Below are positions 43,779 through 52,654 of a DNA stretch of 52,654 nucleotides, one piece after another. The translations under genes and the position numbers were made by a program. Each line of letters starts with the position of its first letter. The first letter of the stretch is position 1. Where the stretch lies: positions 1 to 52,654 of the IMG/VR virus record IMGVR_UViG_3300048025_000051; one strand, given 5' to 3'. The stretch is from a virus (Duplodnaviria > Caudoviricetes). The notes beneath the pieces are model-generated. The model was not told the DNA's origin. It worked only from the letters and a program-made list of their open reading frames with translations, and searched no databases.

Positions 43779-46196
43779 TTAACGAGGTTCAAATTGTTCT
43801 AGTCCAAATCCTCCAAGTGAATCATTACCAGCAGACTCAAAGTTTTTAGGTAATTCGTCGTTTTGTCTTTGTGATATCATTTCAGATTGTTGCGTGCCAA
43901 TAATTCTAGCACGTTCATCTTTACGATTTTCTATTTCTTTTTCTCTAGTAGTTTCAGCATCAACTCTAGATTTAGCTAACTGAATGTTGTAGTTAAACTC
44001 TTGCTCCATCAACTGCTTTTTGATTTTAGCCTCCATCTCCATTTTTTGTATTTCAAATTGAGATTTAGCTTGCTCAAGCTGCATCTTCTGCTCTGTTAAT
44101 ACTTGTTGTTTTTGAGTTTCAACTAAAGCAGTTTGCTCTGCAGTCTGAGCGTTAGCCTGTGCTTGCGCTTGTATGTTAGCCATCTGAGCTTGCTGAGCTT
44201 CCTCAGCTTTAACCTTTTGTCTATACTTAAGATATTGATTAGCTAATTTTATGTTGCTTATCTCCCTAATATCAATAGCATCTTCTAAACCTATTTGACC
44301 TGTTTGCAAAGCCACTTGTATATTCTGCTCTAGCTTTTGCTTTTCTTCTTCATCTGGTTCTAAGTCTAAGAATATTCCAAACTCATGCATGTTTAATTTA
44401 TCTATTTCATCTAACGTAGCAACGTTAAATTGATTTATAGAAGACATTAAAGCATTTTTAGTAAGCGGAAAGCTTAACATGTCAGCAACTCTTAAGCTTA
44501 TGTTTTCTGCAGTTCTTATAGTTAAATACATTAACGATTGTAGTATGTGCTTAGTAGCTGTGTTTGATGCTGCAGCAGCTAGTTTCTGTAATCCTACTAA
44601 AGCATTTTTATCTGGTTGACTACCATCACGAGCTTCATTTAATCCCGTCACATCACGTATCATTTGTAAGTAGTATTGATACGTTTGAGTTAACGCCTGT
44701 ATCTTTGACATACCAGAAGATGTTTGTAGCTCTTGAATTGGTACTCTACCAGGATTCATATCACCATCAACTGTCTTAGATCTACCAACTATACTACCAG
44801 TTTGGAAGTACATATTTAAAGCCTCTTGAGGATTGTAGTTTGTACCATTACCAAGATCAACTTCCGCTAAACCATCTACATCTACAAATACGCCATCTGG
44901 TACCATGCGCGCTAGAACTTGCTGTATTTTCAAATGTGTTAATTGAATCATATCAGCAAACCCAATACACTTACTTACTAAACTTTCTATACGACCTTTG
45001 TACATTCTAGGAGCAGATATACTATAGTTCATTTGAACTTTAGTCTGATCACTATATGGTCTAGTCATATTTTCAGACAGTTGCCATTTAAGCATTTTCT
45101 CATGACCTAATATCTTAGCGCCACTATATAAAACCTCTATAGCTCTATGTACTCTTTCAAAGTTATCATTTTCAGGTGGATTAAAATCACCTGGCTTTTC
45201 TAAAGCTTTTTCTAAACCTTGATCTGTTTGTTTAATTTTAAATACCTGATTGTTATATGTTTTGTATTCAAAATAAAGAACCTGTATATTATTGTAGTTA
45301 TCGTCTTGACCTCTGTAATTTCTAGTATAATTAGAATCACCTGGGTATTTTTGTATTTCATCTAACTCGCTATCAGTTAGGTATGGAAATTGTTTTTTAA
45401 TCTCTTGTAAACTTACGCTTTTAACTTCACCTACGTAATATATATCTTCAAAGTTAGGATCTTCTGTGTAAGAATAAACCAAACTAGAAGGATCAACATA
45501 ATCTACTGTAACTCCATTGGATACATTGAAATCAGTTTTAACAGCTGATATACCTAACACAACTAAATCGTAAGCTAATCTTTTCTTTACTTCGTCATAC
45601 TTGTTATAATCAAACACGTTTGATATAACTTCTTCTTCAGCTATTTCTATAGATTGTTTATAGCTTAATTGAAGATACAAGTTTAATTCTTCTTTGTTTA
45701 TAGGTAAATCATCTGGATCAGGTGTAGCAAAATAGTTTTGCCCTGTCTCAGCGTTTAACTGCATTATAGTTTCTCTGTTTTCAATATCACGTAAAGCATT
45801 AAAAGCAAAGTCAGTTCTTTCTTTTATAGCATATGGATCTGATGCAAATGATTTTATAGCATAACCTTTGTCAGTCATACCATTTACAACAATATCTACA
45901 AACTTGGACAACACAGCTACTGGCTTCCAATCTAAATTAAGATAAGACAAATCACCGTTAATAGATAATTCATCTTTATATTTAGCTACAGACTGTTCGC
46001 CTCTAGCGTACAATCTTAATCTGTGGAAATCCTGCCAATTGTTTCCAAAGCGACCACCAGCTCCTAAGCCACGATCACCTCTGAACCATTCATTTTCAAT
46101 GGCTCTACCAACTTGATAACCGTAATCTAAAGTATTCTTTTCTACGTCTGGTACCACCTGACTTGGAAACGAACTATTAACATTAGTGTAAATCAT
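43779..46196 (-). CDS. Portal protein
   Basis: 805 aa after terminase; KFVDIVVNG, IRDVTGLNEARDG, Gln-rich C-terminal helix. Confidence 0.85.
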   Translation of the reverse strand: MIYTNVNSSFPSQVVPDVEKNTLDYGYQVGRAIENEWFRGDRGLGAGGRFGNNWQDFHRLRLYARGEQSVAKYKDELSINGDLSYLNLDWKPVAVLSKFVDIVVNGMTDKGYAIKSFASDPYAIKERTDFAFNALRDIENRETIMQLNAETGQNYFATPDPDDLPINKEELNLYLQLSYKQSIEIAEEEVISNVFDYNKYDEVKKRLAYDLVVLGISAVKTDFNVSNGVTVDYVDPSSLVYSYTEDPNFEDIYYVGEVKSVSLQEIKKQFPYLTDSELDEIQKYPGDSNYTRNYRGQDDNYNNIQVLYFEYKTYNNQVFKIKQTDQGLEKALEKPGDFNPPENDNFERVHRAIEVLYSGAKILGHEKMLKWQLSENMTRPYSDQTKVQMNYSISAPRMYKGRIESLVSKCIGFADMIQLTHLKIQQVLARMVPDGVFVDVDGLAEVDLGNGTNYNPQEALNMYFQTGSIVGRSKTVDGDMNPGRVPIQELQTSSGMSKIQALTQTYQYYLQMIRDVTGLNEARDGSQPDKNALVGLQKLAAAASNTATKHILQSLMYLTIRTAENISLRVADMLSFPLTKNALMSSINQFNVATLDEIDKLNMHEFGIFLDLEPDEEEKQKLEQNIQVALQTGQIGLEDAIDIREISNIKLANQYLKYRQKVKAEEAQQAQMANIQAQAQANAQTAEQTALVETQKQQVLTEQKMQLEQAKSQFEIQKMEMEAKIKKQLMEQEFNYNIQLAKSRVDAETTREKEIENRKDERARIIGTQQSEMISQRQNDELPKNFESAGNDSLGGFGLEQFEPR

Positions 46197-48422
46197 CTAT
46201 TTTATTATTTTTGATGTATGACCTGTATTGTCGTATTTGCCGAAGCTTAAACTAACTGGATCTTTTTTTACTAATTGAACTGGAGTATATTTATTTTTAT
46301 TACAAGCCATTATAGCTAATCCTGAGCTTATCGTTGCATCAAACTTAGTTCTATTATTTATATTGAACTTAGCCCAATCCTCTAGTGTTCTTTGGAAATA
46401 CATACTTCCATATTCATTTTCTTTTAAACCTACATAATCTTCTATGTACGATTCAATAGCAGCAGCATGTGCTTGCTTGATATCTTCTGATGAGTTAGGT
46501 ATTCCACCTATCTCTCTTTCTGTAACTGAAAGCTTGTTGTAAAGTTTATCAGGTCTATTTATAGAAAACTTCCTATAACCTCTACGCTTTAAGTAGTACA
46601 GTAATCTTGGTTTGTTATTCTCTGCTAGTATAGGCATACCATAAAAATGTAATGCCATAAGTACATCTTCAAAGAATATTTCTGCTGTTGGTGGTCTTGA
46701 TATATATTCTAAGAAAAACATATTAAACGGAGCGTCTTCCATGCTGAACTTAGTTAGACCGTGTAAAGATCCTTTGGATCCTTGCTTGTCTACAGTTCCT
46801 GATATATCATAAGAGTCACAACCAAAAGCACCGATATGTTCATTGCCAGGATATTTAACTCCATTTTTTATTATTACACGATTCTGCATGTTTGCAGGTG
46901 GAATCCAAGAAACAAGAAATCTACCATTTTTTTCAGGATAAAAATTAACTGTAGTATCTTTAATACCACCAGCCCATTGAAAGTTACCTTGTGTAACTAA
47001 AACTTTATTTTTAACATCTTCATTGTAATCTATCTGTTCGTATAATTTAGTTAGATTAAATAAAGATAATTTTGCTTCATCTCTAAACGCATGCTTTTCT
47101 GTTCTTGGGAACTGACGGTAGTATTCGTTTAAACCGTCTTGATCGTCTTTAAGACCATCAACTTCATTCTCCCAATGTTCTATAACACCTGTTGTTATTA
47201 AGTCGCCTTGCGGGTCTTTAACTGCGTCTTTTGGCGTTTCGAATACAGGTAGTCCATAAGCATCAATGAATCCTTCGTAGTTCCATTCCATAGGTATGAA
47301 CAAAGAATATAATCCTGAGCTAGTCTGTCCATTGCGGTTTCTCTTTGTAACGTCTGAAGCATAGTATAATTTTTTAAAGTTTTCACCACCTTTATCCAAA
47401 GCGTTACTTGTAGATCCCATTAAACATTTACCTACAATTTTACTACCTAATCTTAATGTCGTCTTCGTGACTCGCCAGTTGTTGAGGATATTGTCTGGCC
47501 TCTCCCATTTGCCCGATTCGTCGTGTACGAGGAGCTTGAGCTTTTCACCATCGTACGAGTTGTCCCCTGTGTTCTTCCAGTCGATCGTGGTGTCGAGACC
47601 GTCGATCTCCTGTGGTGCTTCACCTTGATCAAGTTTTCTTCTGGTAAGCTTCGACGCTGGTACTCTGTAGGCAAGCTCTGTTTTTGGGCGGTCCATACCG
47701 TCTTGTATTGGCTTGAAGAAGAACGGGTAGTTAAGGGATATTGGTACAACCTTATCGGTGAACATCTTTTTAGCGTCAGCCCCAGATTTGGACAATATGC
47801 CGAACCGTGAATCAGATGATATTGTGGCCATGTTAACAGTTTCCCCTGATGCCATGAATGAAAAGCCAGAGCGTCTGTTCTTGAGGTAGGCCATTCCATA
47901 ACAACGCTGGTCGGCTTTACACGCTTCCCAGAATATAAAGAAAAGCCTATTTGACTCTCTGTAATCGGCTGCGCCAACATCAATTTTACTCCACTGCAAG
48001 TACATGTAATGAGTGCCAGTGATATAAGTAGGAATACCTTTGTTATAGAACCAGAAACCTTCATCACGTCTTTTAAATTCTGTATCAATGTAATCATACC
48101 ATTGCTCTTTAAAGTTAGATGGGTAACGATCCCAATCAAATACACTTTTTATTTTAGATAAAGCTTTAGGGTATTCTTCTTTAACCCACATTTGTTCTTC
48201 AACTTTTTTAGAAGAACTGTAAACTTTTTCATGCATCAATGGTAATGCTATTCTTAGGTTTTGTATCTCAATGATATCACCTACAGTACCATCTTTACTT
48301 ATAATTATAATATCGTTTTCGACATCATAACCATACTCCCATTTTTTATACCTATTATTTTTTTTAATAACACTAGGTTTTATATGGTCTTTTATTATTT
48401 TAACTAAAGACTGATCGTACAT
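46197..48422 (-). CDS. terL: Terminase large subunit
   Basis: LKNRRSGFS (Walker A variant), LVHDESGK (Walker B), MGST, nuclease FGCDSYD, AENN, FDATIS. Confidence 0.9.
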   Translation of the reverse strand: MYDQSLVKIIKDHIKPSVIKKNNRYKKWEYGYDVENDIIIISKDGTVGDIIEIQNLRIALPLMHEKVYSSSKKVEEQMWVKEEYPKALSKIKSVFDWDRYPSNFKEQWYDYIDTEFKRRDEGFWFYNKGIPTYITGTHYMYLQWSKIDVGAADYRESNRLFFIFWEACKADQRCYGMAYLKNRRSGFSFMASGETVNMATISSDSRFGILSKSGADAKKMFTDKVVPISLNYPFFFKPIQDGMDRPKTELAYRVPASKLTRRKLDQGEAPQEIDGLDTTIDWKNTGDNSYDGEKLKLLVHDESGKWERPDNILNNWRVTKTTLRLGSKIVGKCLMGSTSNALDKGGENFKKLYYASDVTKRNRNGQTSSGLYSLFIPMEWNYEGFIDAYGLPVFETPKDAVKDPQGDLITTGVIEHWENEVDGLKDDQDGLNEYYRQFPRTEKHAFRDEAKLSLFNLTKLYEQIDYNEDVKNKVLVTQGNFQWAGGIKDTTVNFYPEKNGRFLVSWIPPANMQNRVIIKNGVKYPGNEHIGAFGCDSYDISGTVDKQGSKGSLHGLTKFSMEDAPFNMFFLEYISRPPTAEIFFEDVLMALHFYGMPILAENNKPRLLYYLKRRGYRKFSINRPDKLYNKLSVTEREIGGIPNSSEDIKQAHAAAIESYIEDYVGLKENEYGSMYFQRTLEDWAKFNINNRTKFDATISSGLAIMACNKNKYTPVQLVKKDPVSLSFGKYDNTGHTSKIIK

Positions 48423-48697
48423 TACCTTGATCTACCCTCAGCAAAACCTTTAAAACTTTTTTCTTTAGTTTCTCCAGGTTTATCTTCAAGCATATTTTTT
48501 TCTTCGTCTATTCTAGATAGTATTTCAAAAGCATCGAATATAGCTAGCTTTTTAGTAGCAGCTGCATTCTTAAGTCTATCTGCAGAAACATCATCTTCAG
48601 TATTAGTGATGATCTTTTCCTCAGCTACCTTAATAAGCTCGTTAACTGCTTTTTGCCCAGCTCGGATTATATTCCTTCTCGTTTCCTTTGAACTCAT
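48422..48697 (-). CDS. Probable terminase small subunit
   Basis: Helical 91-aa ORF abutting terL; call is positional only. Confidence 0.45.
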   Translation of the reverse strand: MSSKETRRNIIRAGQKAVNELIKVAEEKIITNTEDDVSADRLKNAAATKKLAIFDAFEILSRIDEEKNMLEDKPGETKEKSFKGFAEGRSR

Positions 48698-49247
48698 ACT
48701 TAACTAAAATATCATTTGATTGCATACAATATAGTCTTTGTTTATCTATAATAAACTCAAACTCTCTATTAGATTTAAAACCAACTAAGTCACCTTCGTT
48801 AATACCTAGTGACGTTAAAGTTTTATTTCCTATCTTTACTATACCTTTATTTTTCTGCTCTGGCTCTTGTGACCATTCATCGTTATTTTCAATTGGTATA
48901 ATAAAACAATGTTCACCTACCGGTAACCATTTAACCATACGTTTATAAAGATATATTTGATCGTATTGACAAAGGTATTTATTATCGCCAAATGTTTTGC
49001 TACTATCTACTTCTTTACCTTTAGTATTGTAATATCTTCTAAATACATTGTGATGTATAATAACTTCATCACCTTCTTGTATTGGTGTTGTGAAAGCAGT
49101 AGGTATTGTAAGCACCGTTGCTTTTCTATTTATTAACTTAAAGTTTTCTATACTAGAATTAACTACAAGCTTATCACCATCTATATCAACTTCATTGCTA
49201 TACCTATTTCCTTCTGGCATAACTATAAAATCAAAAACGCTTTTCAT
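48642..49247 (-). CDS. GroES-like co-chaperonin (tandem domains)
   Basis: IQEGDEVIIHHNVF and INEGDLVGF...YCMQSNDIL GroES-like strands. Confidence 0.6.
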   Translation of the reverse strand: MKSVFDFIVMPEGNRYSNEVDIDGDKLVVNSSIENFKLINRKATVLTIPTAFTTPIQEGDEVIIHHNVFRRYYNTKGKEVDSSKTFGDNKYLCQYDQIYLYKRMVKWLPVGEHCFIIPIENNDEWSQEPEQKNKGIVKIGNKTLTSLGINEGDLVGFKSNREFEFIIDKQRLYCMQSNDILVKYEFKGNEKEYNPSWAKSS

Positions 49248-49474
49248 TAATATTCTAAATCATATTCAACAGATATAGCCATGTTAGAATTAAACTTCTT
49301 CCATGGCAATACCTCGTTGTTTTTCTTTATGAATATGTTATAAGAAGCGTCAGGTTCTTCGAACATTATATGAGAGATCTCATGTCCACCATACACCTGC
49401 TGACCTACAGCATAGTGCATAGCTTCGTTCTTGTAATCAGAACCAATACTAATTTTCCTTATAACAGTACTCAT
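49247..49474 (-). CDS. Hypothetical phage protein
   Basis: IRKISIGSDYKNEAMHYAVGQ. Confidence 0.75.
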   Translation of the reverse strand: MSTVIRKISIGSDYKNEAMHYAVGQQVYGGHEISHIMFEEPDASYNIFIKKNNEVLPWKKFNSNMAISVEYDLEY

Positions 49475-49743
49475 TAGTCCTCTCCTTTTACAACTGAAAG
49501 TTCTTGAGCATCTTCAGCTTCAACCTCTTCATAACTACCGTCTTCAAGGTTAATACTAATAGATCCGTATTTATCTTCTAGTTGCTTTTTGGTTTCTTCA
49601 ATACCTTCATTAACACCAGCGATCTTATGCAGCAAAGCGTGCTTGTTAGTTTCTAATTGACCGATTTGATTGATGATACCACCTAGTTCTGTTTGTTGTT
49701 CTTTAATAGTTTTAAGCTCTTCAGCTGTAATCATGTTTGACAT
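49474..49743 (-). CDS. Hypothetical coiled-coil protein
   Basis: Heptad repeats ending LEDKYGSISINLEDGSY. Confidence 0.7.
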   Translation of the reverse strand: MSNMITAEELKTIKEQQTELGGIINQIGQLETNKHALLHKIAGVNEGIEETKKQLEDKYGSISINLEDGSYEEVEAEDAQELSVVKGED

Positions 49744-49766
49744 TTGATTTGATTTAATTGTTTAAC

Positions 49767-50165
49767 TTACTTATTATCACTTGATTTCTTTGATTTTTCC
49801 CAAGTTCTACCTACGAAGTACGCGCCGTATACCGTTATTAATAGTGATTGAAAAATTGGGATATAATCTTCTGCTACTACAAATCCACCTACGTTACCAT
49901 CAGCAAAAGCTAGAATAGTAAATATAGATGTAAGATACACAAGTACAAGTGGCCGAATATTTTTAGATAAAAATGAATCTGATTGCATATCCATTTTCCA
50001 TCTTTCAGTAACTTGCGCTTGTGCGTCTTGATCTGCTTTTTCTAATAACTCTTGAATCTTTTGCTTAGCAGCTAATCTTTCCTCATCTGTAGTTGTAAGC
50101 TTATCGATTACATTACCTACGTCTTTAATTATACCGCCTGATAAAAGACTTAAAAGTTTTTTCAT
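49767..50165 (-). CDS. Holin (GTA 3TM-holin-like)
   Basis: IDKLTTTDEE...DSFLSKNIRPL + two TM helices + YFVGRTWEK. Confidence 0.75.
   Translation of the reverse strand: MKKLLSLLSGGIIKDVGNVIDKLTTTDEERLAAKQKIQELLEKADQDAQAQVTERWKMDMQSDSFLSKNIRPLVLVYLTSIFTILAFADGNVGGFVVAEDYIPIFQSLLITVYGAYFVGRTWEKSKKSSDNK
49773..49801 (-). promoter_or_regulatory. Putative class-II promoter for the packaging/head operon
   Basis: GGGAAAAA-N12-AGTGATAAT, 30 nt upstream of ATG 49743. Confidence 0.4.
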
Positions 50166-50732
50166 TTAGCTTTTTTTAAAAGGATTATATGATCTATCAA
50201 ACTCACCTTTTGCGTCACCTAGTTGTGCGTTTCGTATATTTTGAGAAATATATTCCATGCCTTTAACAGGATTACTTTTAGAAAGTGATTTTAATTGTTG
50301 CGTATTTAGTTTATCCTTTCTCATTGTACCTAACAAAGCGTTTCTAACAGTCTTGTCTGAGTTAGCGTACCCAGTATACGTTCCTTTACCAGCATCTATG
50401 CCCTCTAAAGTCTGCACAGCTCTATCAACTATATCTTGACTTTTAAAGAATTTTTTAGATGCAGCTTCCCCTACATCTGCAGTATCTGCTTTAAAATCTT
50501 TGGGAATTGGTGTACCAAATTCATCTATTTCACCTGACCTTTCGTCCATTTGTTTAGCTGGTGATCCAGCTCTTTTATCAATAGGCATGTCTTTCATTAG
50601 GTCTTTCTTCTCTTGACCAGCAGACTCCATGTGCATAGCAGAACCTTCCATCATTAATCCTGATGGTTTACCTTTTTCATCGTACATCTTAATACAAGAT
50701 GATTTACTCATAGGGGATTTTTTATACGGCAT
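50166..50732 (-). CDS. Hypothetical protein
   Basis: 188 aa with SPM/SPAK motifs. Confidence 0.7.
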   Translation of the reverse strand: MPYKKSPMSKSSCIKMYDEKGKPSGLMMEGSAMHMESAGQEKKDLMKDMPIDKRAGSPAKQMDERSGEIDEFGTPIPKDFKADTADVGEAASKKFFKSQDIVDRAVQTLEGIDAGKGTYTGYANSDKTVRNALLGTMRKDKLNTQQLKSLSKSNPVKGMEYISQNIRNAQLGDAKGEFDRSYNPFKKS

Positions 50733-50737
50733 TTTAA

Positions 50738-51109
50738 TTATTTTTTTAGTTTATCTTTTAAATTTACTTTGTATCTAGTAAGATGTATGGTTTTATTTAA
50801 ATCACCACTAAACTTACAGATTAAATTATTTTTGTCTTTTAATTTATATTTTACTTTTACAAGGTAACCATTAGCTGGATTAAACAAGCGTGTTACAAAT
50901 GTTCTTTTATTTCTTTTAATTATATCTTCATGTATTGTATTATCAGTACTTGGACTGTAGTTAACAACTGCTGATACACCATAACTACCAGCGTAGATCA
51001 TTGTGATGTATTTAGAAGTTTTACTTTGCCACCAGCCACTAAAATCTTCTTGGCTATACGTTGATACTGAAATTAAAATAAATGATAGTACTAAAAATAA
51101 ATTTTTCAT
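50738..51109 (-). CDS. Exported protein with Bacteroidota-style signal peptide
   Basis: MKNLFLVLSFILISVSTYS-QEDFSGWW; beta-rich mature part. Confidence 0.7.
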   Translation of the reverse strand: MKNLFLVLSFILISVSTYSQEDFSGWWQSKTSKYITMIYAGSYGVSAVVNYSPSTDNTIHEDIIKRNKRTFVTRLFNPANGYLVKVKYKLKDKNNLICKFSGDLNKTIHLTRYKVNLKDKLKK

Positions 51110-51144
51110 AATATTAGATTAGATTGTTATACTAATATTATTAC

Positions 51145-51360
51145 TTATTTTTTACGTTTTATAGGTGTTTCTACTACATATTTAGCACCTGGAAAATTAT
51201 AATCGTAACCAGGGTGCATAACTTTCGTATAGCCTCTATCGTCCGTGCCTAACACTTTAAAGTCAACTCCTTTCATTGTTATCTTGCCACCTAGTATCTT
51301 ATTAGTTGACTTGTTAACATCAGGGCTGTTTCTTAAATATCCTTTCTTAGATGGCTTCAT
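51145..51360 (-). CDS. Small hypothetical protein (start re-called)
   Basis: ITMKGV...MHPGYDYNFPG. Confidence 0.65.
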   Translation of the reverse strand: MKPSKKGYLRNSPDVNKSTNKILGGKITMKGVDFKVLGTDDRGYTKVMHPGYDYNFPGAKYVVETPIKRKK

Positions 51361-51665
51361 TTTGATTTGCTGTAAGCTTCTTTTTCCCAAGGTAAATTTT
51401 TAGCACCTTCTTTAATACTAGATCGTGGTATTACTTTACCTTTCCAGTAAACATTTTTATCGTCATAATCAAGATCACCGCGCTTCATTTGATCTATGTG
51501 GATCATCTCGTGATCAACAACTTCTTGTAATTTAGCTGGTGAAACATTTTTATTTATAATGATAGTACCATTGTTGTTAGCTTTACCTAACACTCCATCT
51601 TCCATATCAACATGATACACAGGAGTATTATCTATTGAGAACGGTGGTGTTAGTTTAAAAGACAT
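51357..51665 (-). CDS. Small zincin metallopeptidase (start re-called)
   Basis: VVDHEMIHIDQ (HExxH)...LPWEKEAY. Confidence 0.75.
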   Translation of the reverse strand: MSFKLTPPFSIDNTPVYHVDMEDGVLGKANNNGTIIINKNVSPAKLQEVVDHEMIHIDQMKRGDLDYDDKNVYWKGKVIPRSSIKEGAKNLPWEKEAYSKSK

Positions 51666-51666
51666 A

Positions 51667-51939
51667 TTATTTGTAGCAATGTGCTTTAGCAGGTGAACCA
51701 TGATGCTTCTTGTCATACTTCATGTCACCAGCTAGTTTAGAAATGTGCTTTTCATCATTAGTCATCTGCTTGTTGCTACCACCATGCTTAGCATCGTAAT
51801 TAACATCACGCTTTAAATAATCAATATGCGCAGCGTCATCTCTTACAGCTGAACCGTAGTTACTTTTATTAACTGGAGTTTTCGAATGTCTTGCATTGCC
51901 AGTATATTTACCGTAGTGTCCTTTTTCCATAATTACCAT
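51667..51939 (-). CDS. Hypothetical basic protein
   Basis: 90-aa ORF in operon. Confidence 0.65.
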   Translation of the reverse strand: MVIMEKGHYGKYTGNARHSKTPVNKSNYGSAVRDDAAHIDYLKRDVNYDAKHGGSNKQMTNDEKHISKLAGDMKYDKKHHGSPAKAHCYK

Positions 51940-52193
51940 TTTACTTTGTCGGCCCAGTAAGCGGCAGACATTTTACCTTTTTTAATGTTCTTTGCATGTC
52001 GAGCTTTAAAGCTAGCTCTACGTGCTTTTGATTTTGCATCTGTTTTTTTGCCAGCAGTAGTAACACCTTGTTGTCCAAAGCGTATAATCCTTTCTTTGCC
52101 GTTTTCGCAAGCTTTAACAATGTGAGACTTAGTGTTGTGGCTAGGAGTTTTCCTAGGTTTATTACACTTAAGCGTCTTTTTATCTACAGCCAT
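51933..52193 (-). CDS. Basic hypothetical phage protein
   Basis: IIRFGQQG...RRASFKARH...SAAYWA. Confidence 0.75.
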   Translation of the reverse strand: MAVDKKTLKCNKPRKTPSHNTKSHIVKACENGKERIIRFGQQGVTTAGKKTDAKSKARRASFKARHAKNIKKGKMSAAYWADKVKW

Positions 52194-52399
52194 TAAACTC
52201 TACCTTGAGCTTTTTTAGTTATAGGTCCAGCTGTATAGTCGCAAGGATATTTTTTAACTTGCATACCTGTAATACCAGAACTACTACCTTTACCCATTGG
52301 AAAACCGGTAGTGTCTAGTGGTCCGTCCCAAACATGAGACTCTCCTACTTGTCCTTCAAGAACAGGTTTTCTAATTAATTTTTCTATCTTGTGATCCAT
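52193..52399 (-). CDS. Hypothetical protein
   Basis: 68-aa ORF, TAATG overlap. Confidence 0.65.
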   Translation of the reverse strand: MDHKIEKLIRKPVLEGQVGESHVWDGPLDTTGFPMGKGSSSGITGMQVKKYPCDYTAGPITKKAQGRV

Positions 52400-52401
52400 A
52401 A

Positions 52402-52654
52402 TTATCTTTGTTTAAAATCTTTTTCAGGAATTTCAGTGCTTGTTATTTTCCCTAAATTTACTTTTTTACCATCTTTAGTAATGCCAAAAGCTTGTTTTGT
52501 ATTTTCTACTACTGGTACTCTAGGCTTGTCAGTTAGTTCTTTTGACATTTTTTTAGGTATTTCTTTACCTACCATTTTAGCGCCTATCTCGAGTTTTTGG
52601 TTTAATGGTGAAACCATTCTAGTAGCTGAGTCATAACCCATTTGCTCTACAACA
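52402..52654 (-). CDS. Hypothetical protein, probably 5'-truncated by the window
   Basis: Frame stays open upstream of ATG 52641 to the window end (VVEQMGYDS...). Confidence 0.55.
   Translation of the reverse strand, partial: VVEQMGYDSATRMVSPLNQKLEIGAKMVGKEIPKKMSKELTDKPRVPVVENTKQAFGITKDGKKVNLGKITSTEIPEKDFKQR

Noticed and set aside
47453-48145. 230-aa alternative-frame ORF inside terL
   Set aside because: Entirely nested in a locally GC-richer part of terL; Ser/Thr/Arg-rich with no motifs; most likely a by-product of codon usage.
9876-50439. Antisense and nested ORFs in the track (e.g. 9876, 13080, 13590, 15417, 19133, 22822, 23971, 30275, 43333, 50257)
   Set aside because: They are shadows of well-supported genes and conflict with the clear strand organisation.
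1-52654. Alternative genetic code, introns or inteins
   Set aside because: Long genes read through intact in the standard code; nrdA, terL and the helicase show no obvious insertions.

Overview
Most of the genome of an AT-rich dsDNA tailed phage with podovirus-like architecture, probably infecting Bacteroidota/Flavobacteriia (inferred from SD-less A-rich leaders, a flavobacterial-type ribonucleotide reductase, and portal/ring/nozzle genes like those of Bacteroidota phages). Layout: a tail-fibre gene truncated by the window edge (- strand, 1-1500); a divergent control region (1500-1850); a + strand early cassette of small ORFs (to about 8.9 kb); a + strand replication and nucleotide module (ligase, sigma factor, ERF, exonuclease, SSB, primase-helicase, thymidylate-synthase-family enzyme, MazG-like proteins, resolvase, nrdB/nrdA) ending at a bidirectional terminator near 20.07 kb; and a - strand late module (holin, terminase, portal, scaffold, capsid, tail, three probable ejection proteins, endolysin). 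Most notable observations: (1) three intergenic tRNA mimics lacking a canonical anticodon arm, one resembling an isolated tmRNA tRNA-like domain with G3-U70; (2) a six-copy early promoter-like motif TTACARACAAA-N13-TGGATAAT, together with a sigma-region-2-like domain inside the 2782-aa probable virion protein, suggesting an injected sigma factor followed by a second, phage-sigma promoter class; (3) two 44-bp 13-18-13 palindromes in inverted orientation bracketing the early region, one covering the start codon of an HTH protein; (4) a thymidylate-synthase homologue with the dCMP-specific Asp, pointing to a cytosine-modified genome. No DNA polymerase is visible. All assignments are by eye; no database searches were run.
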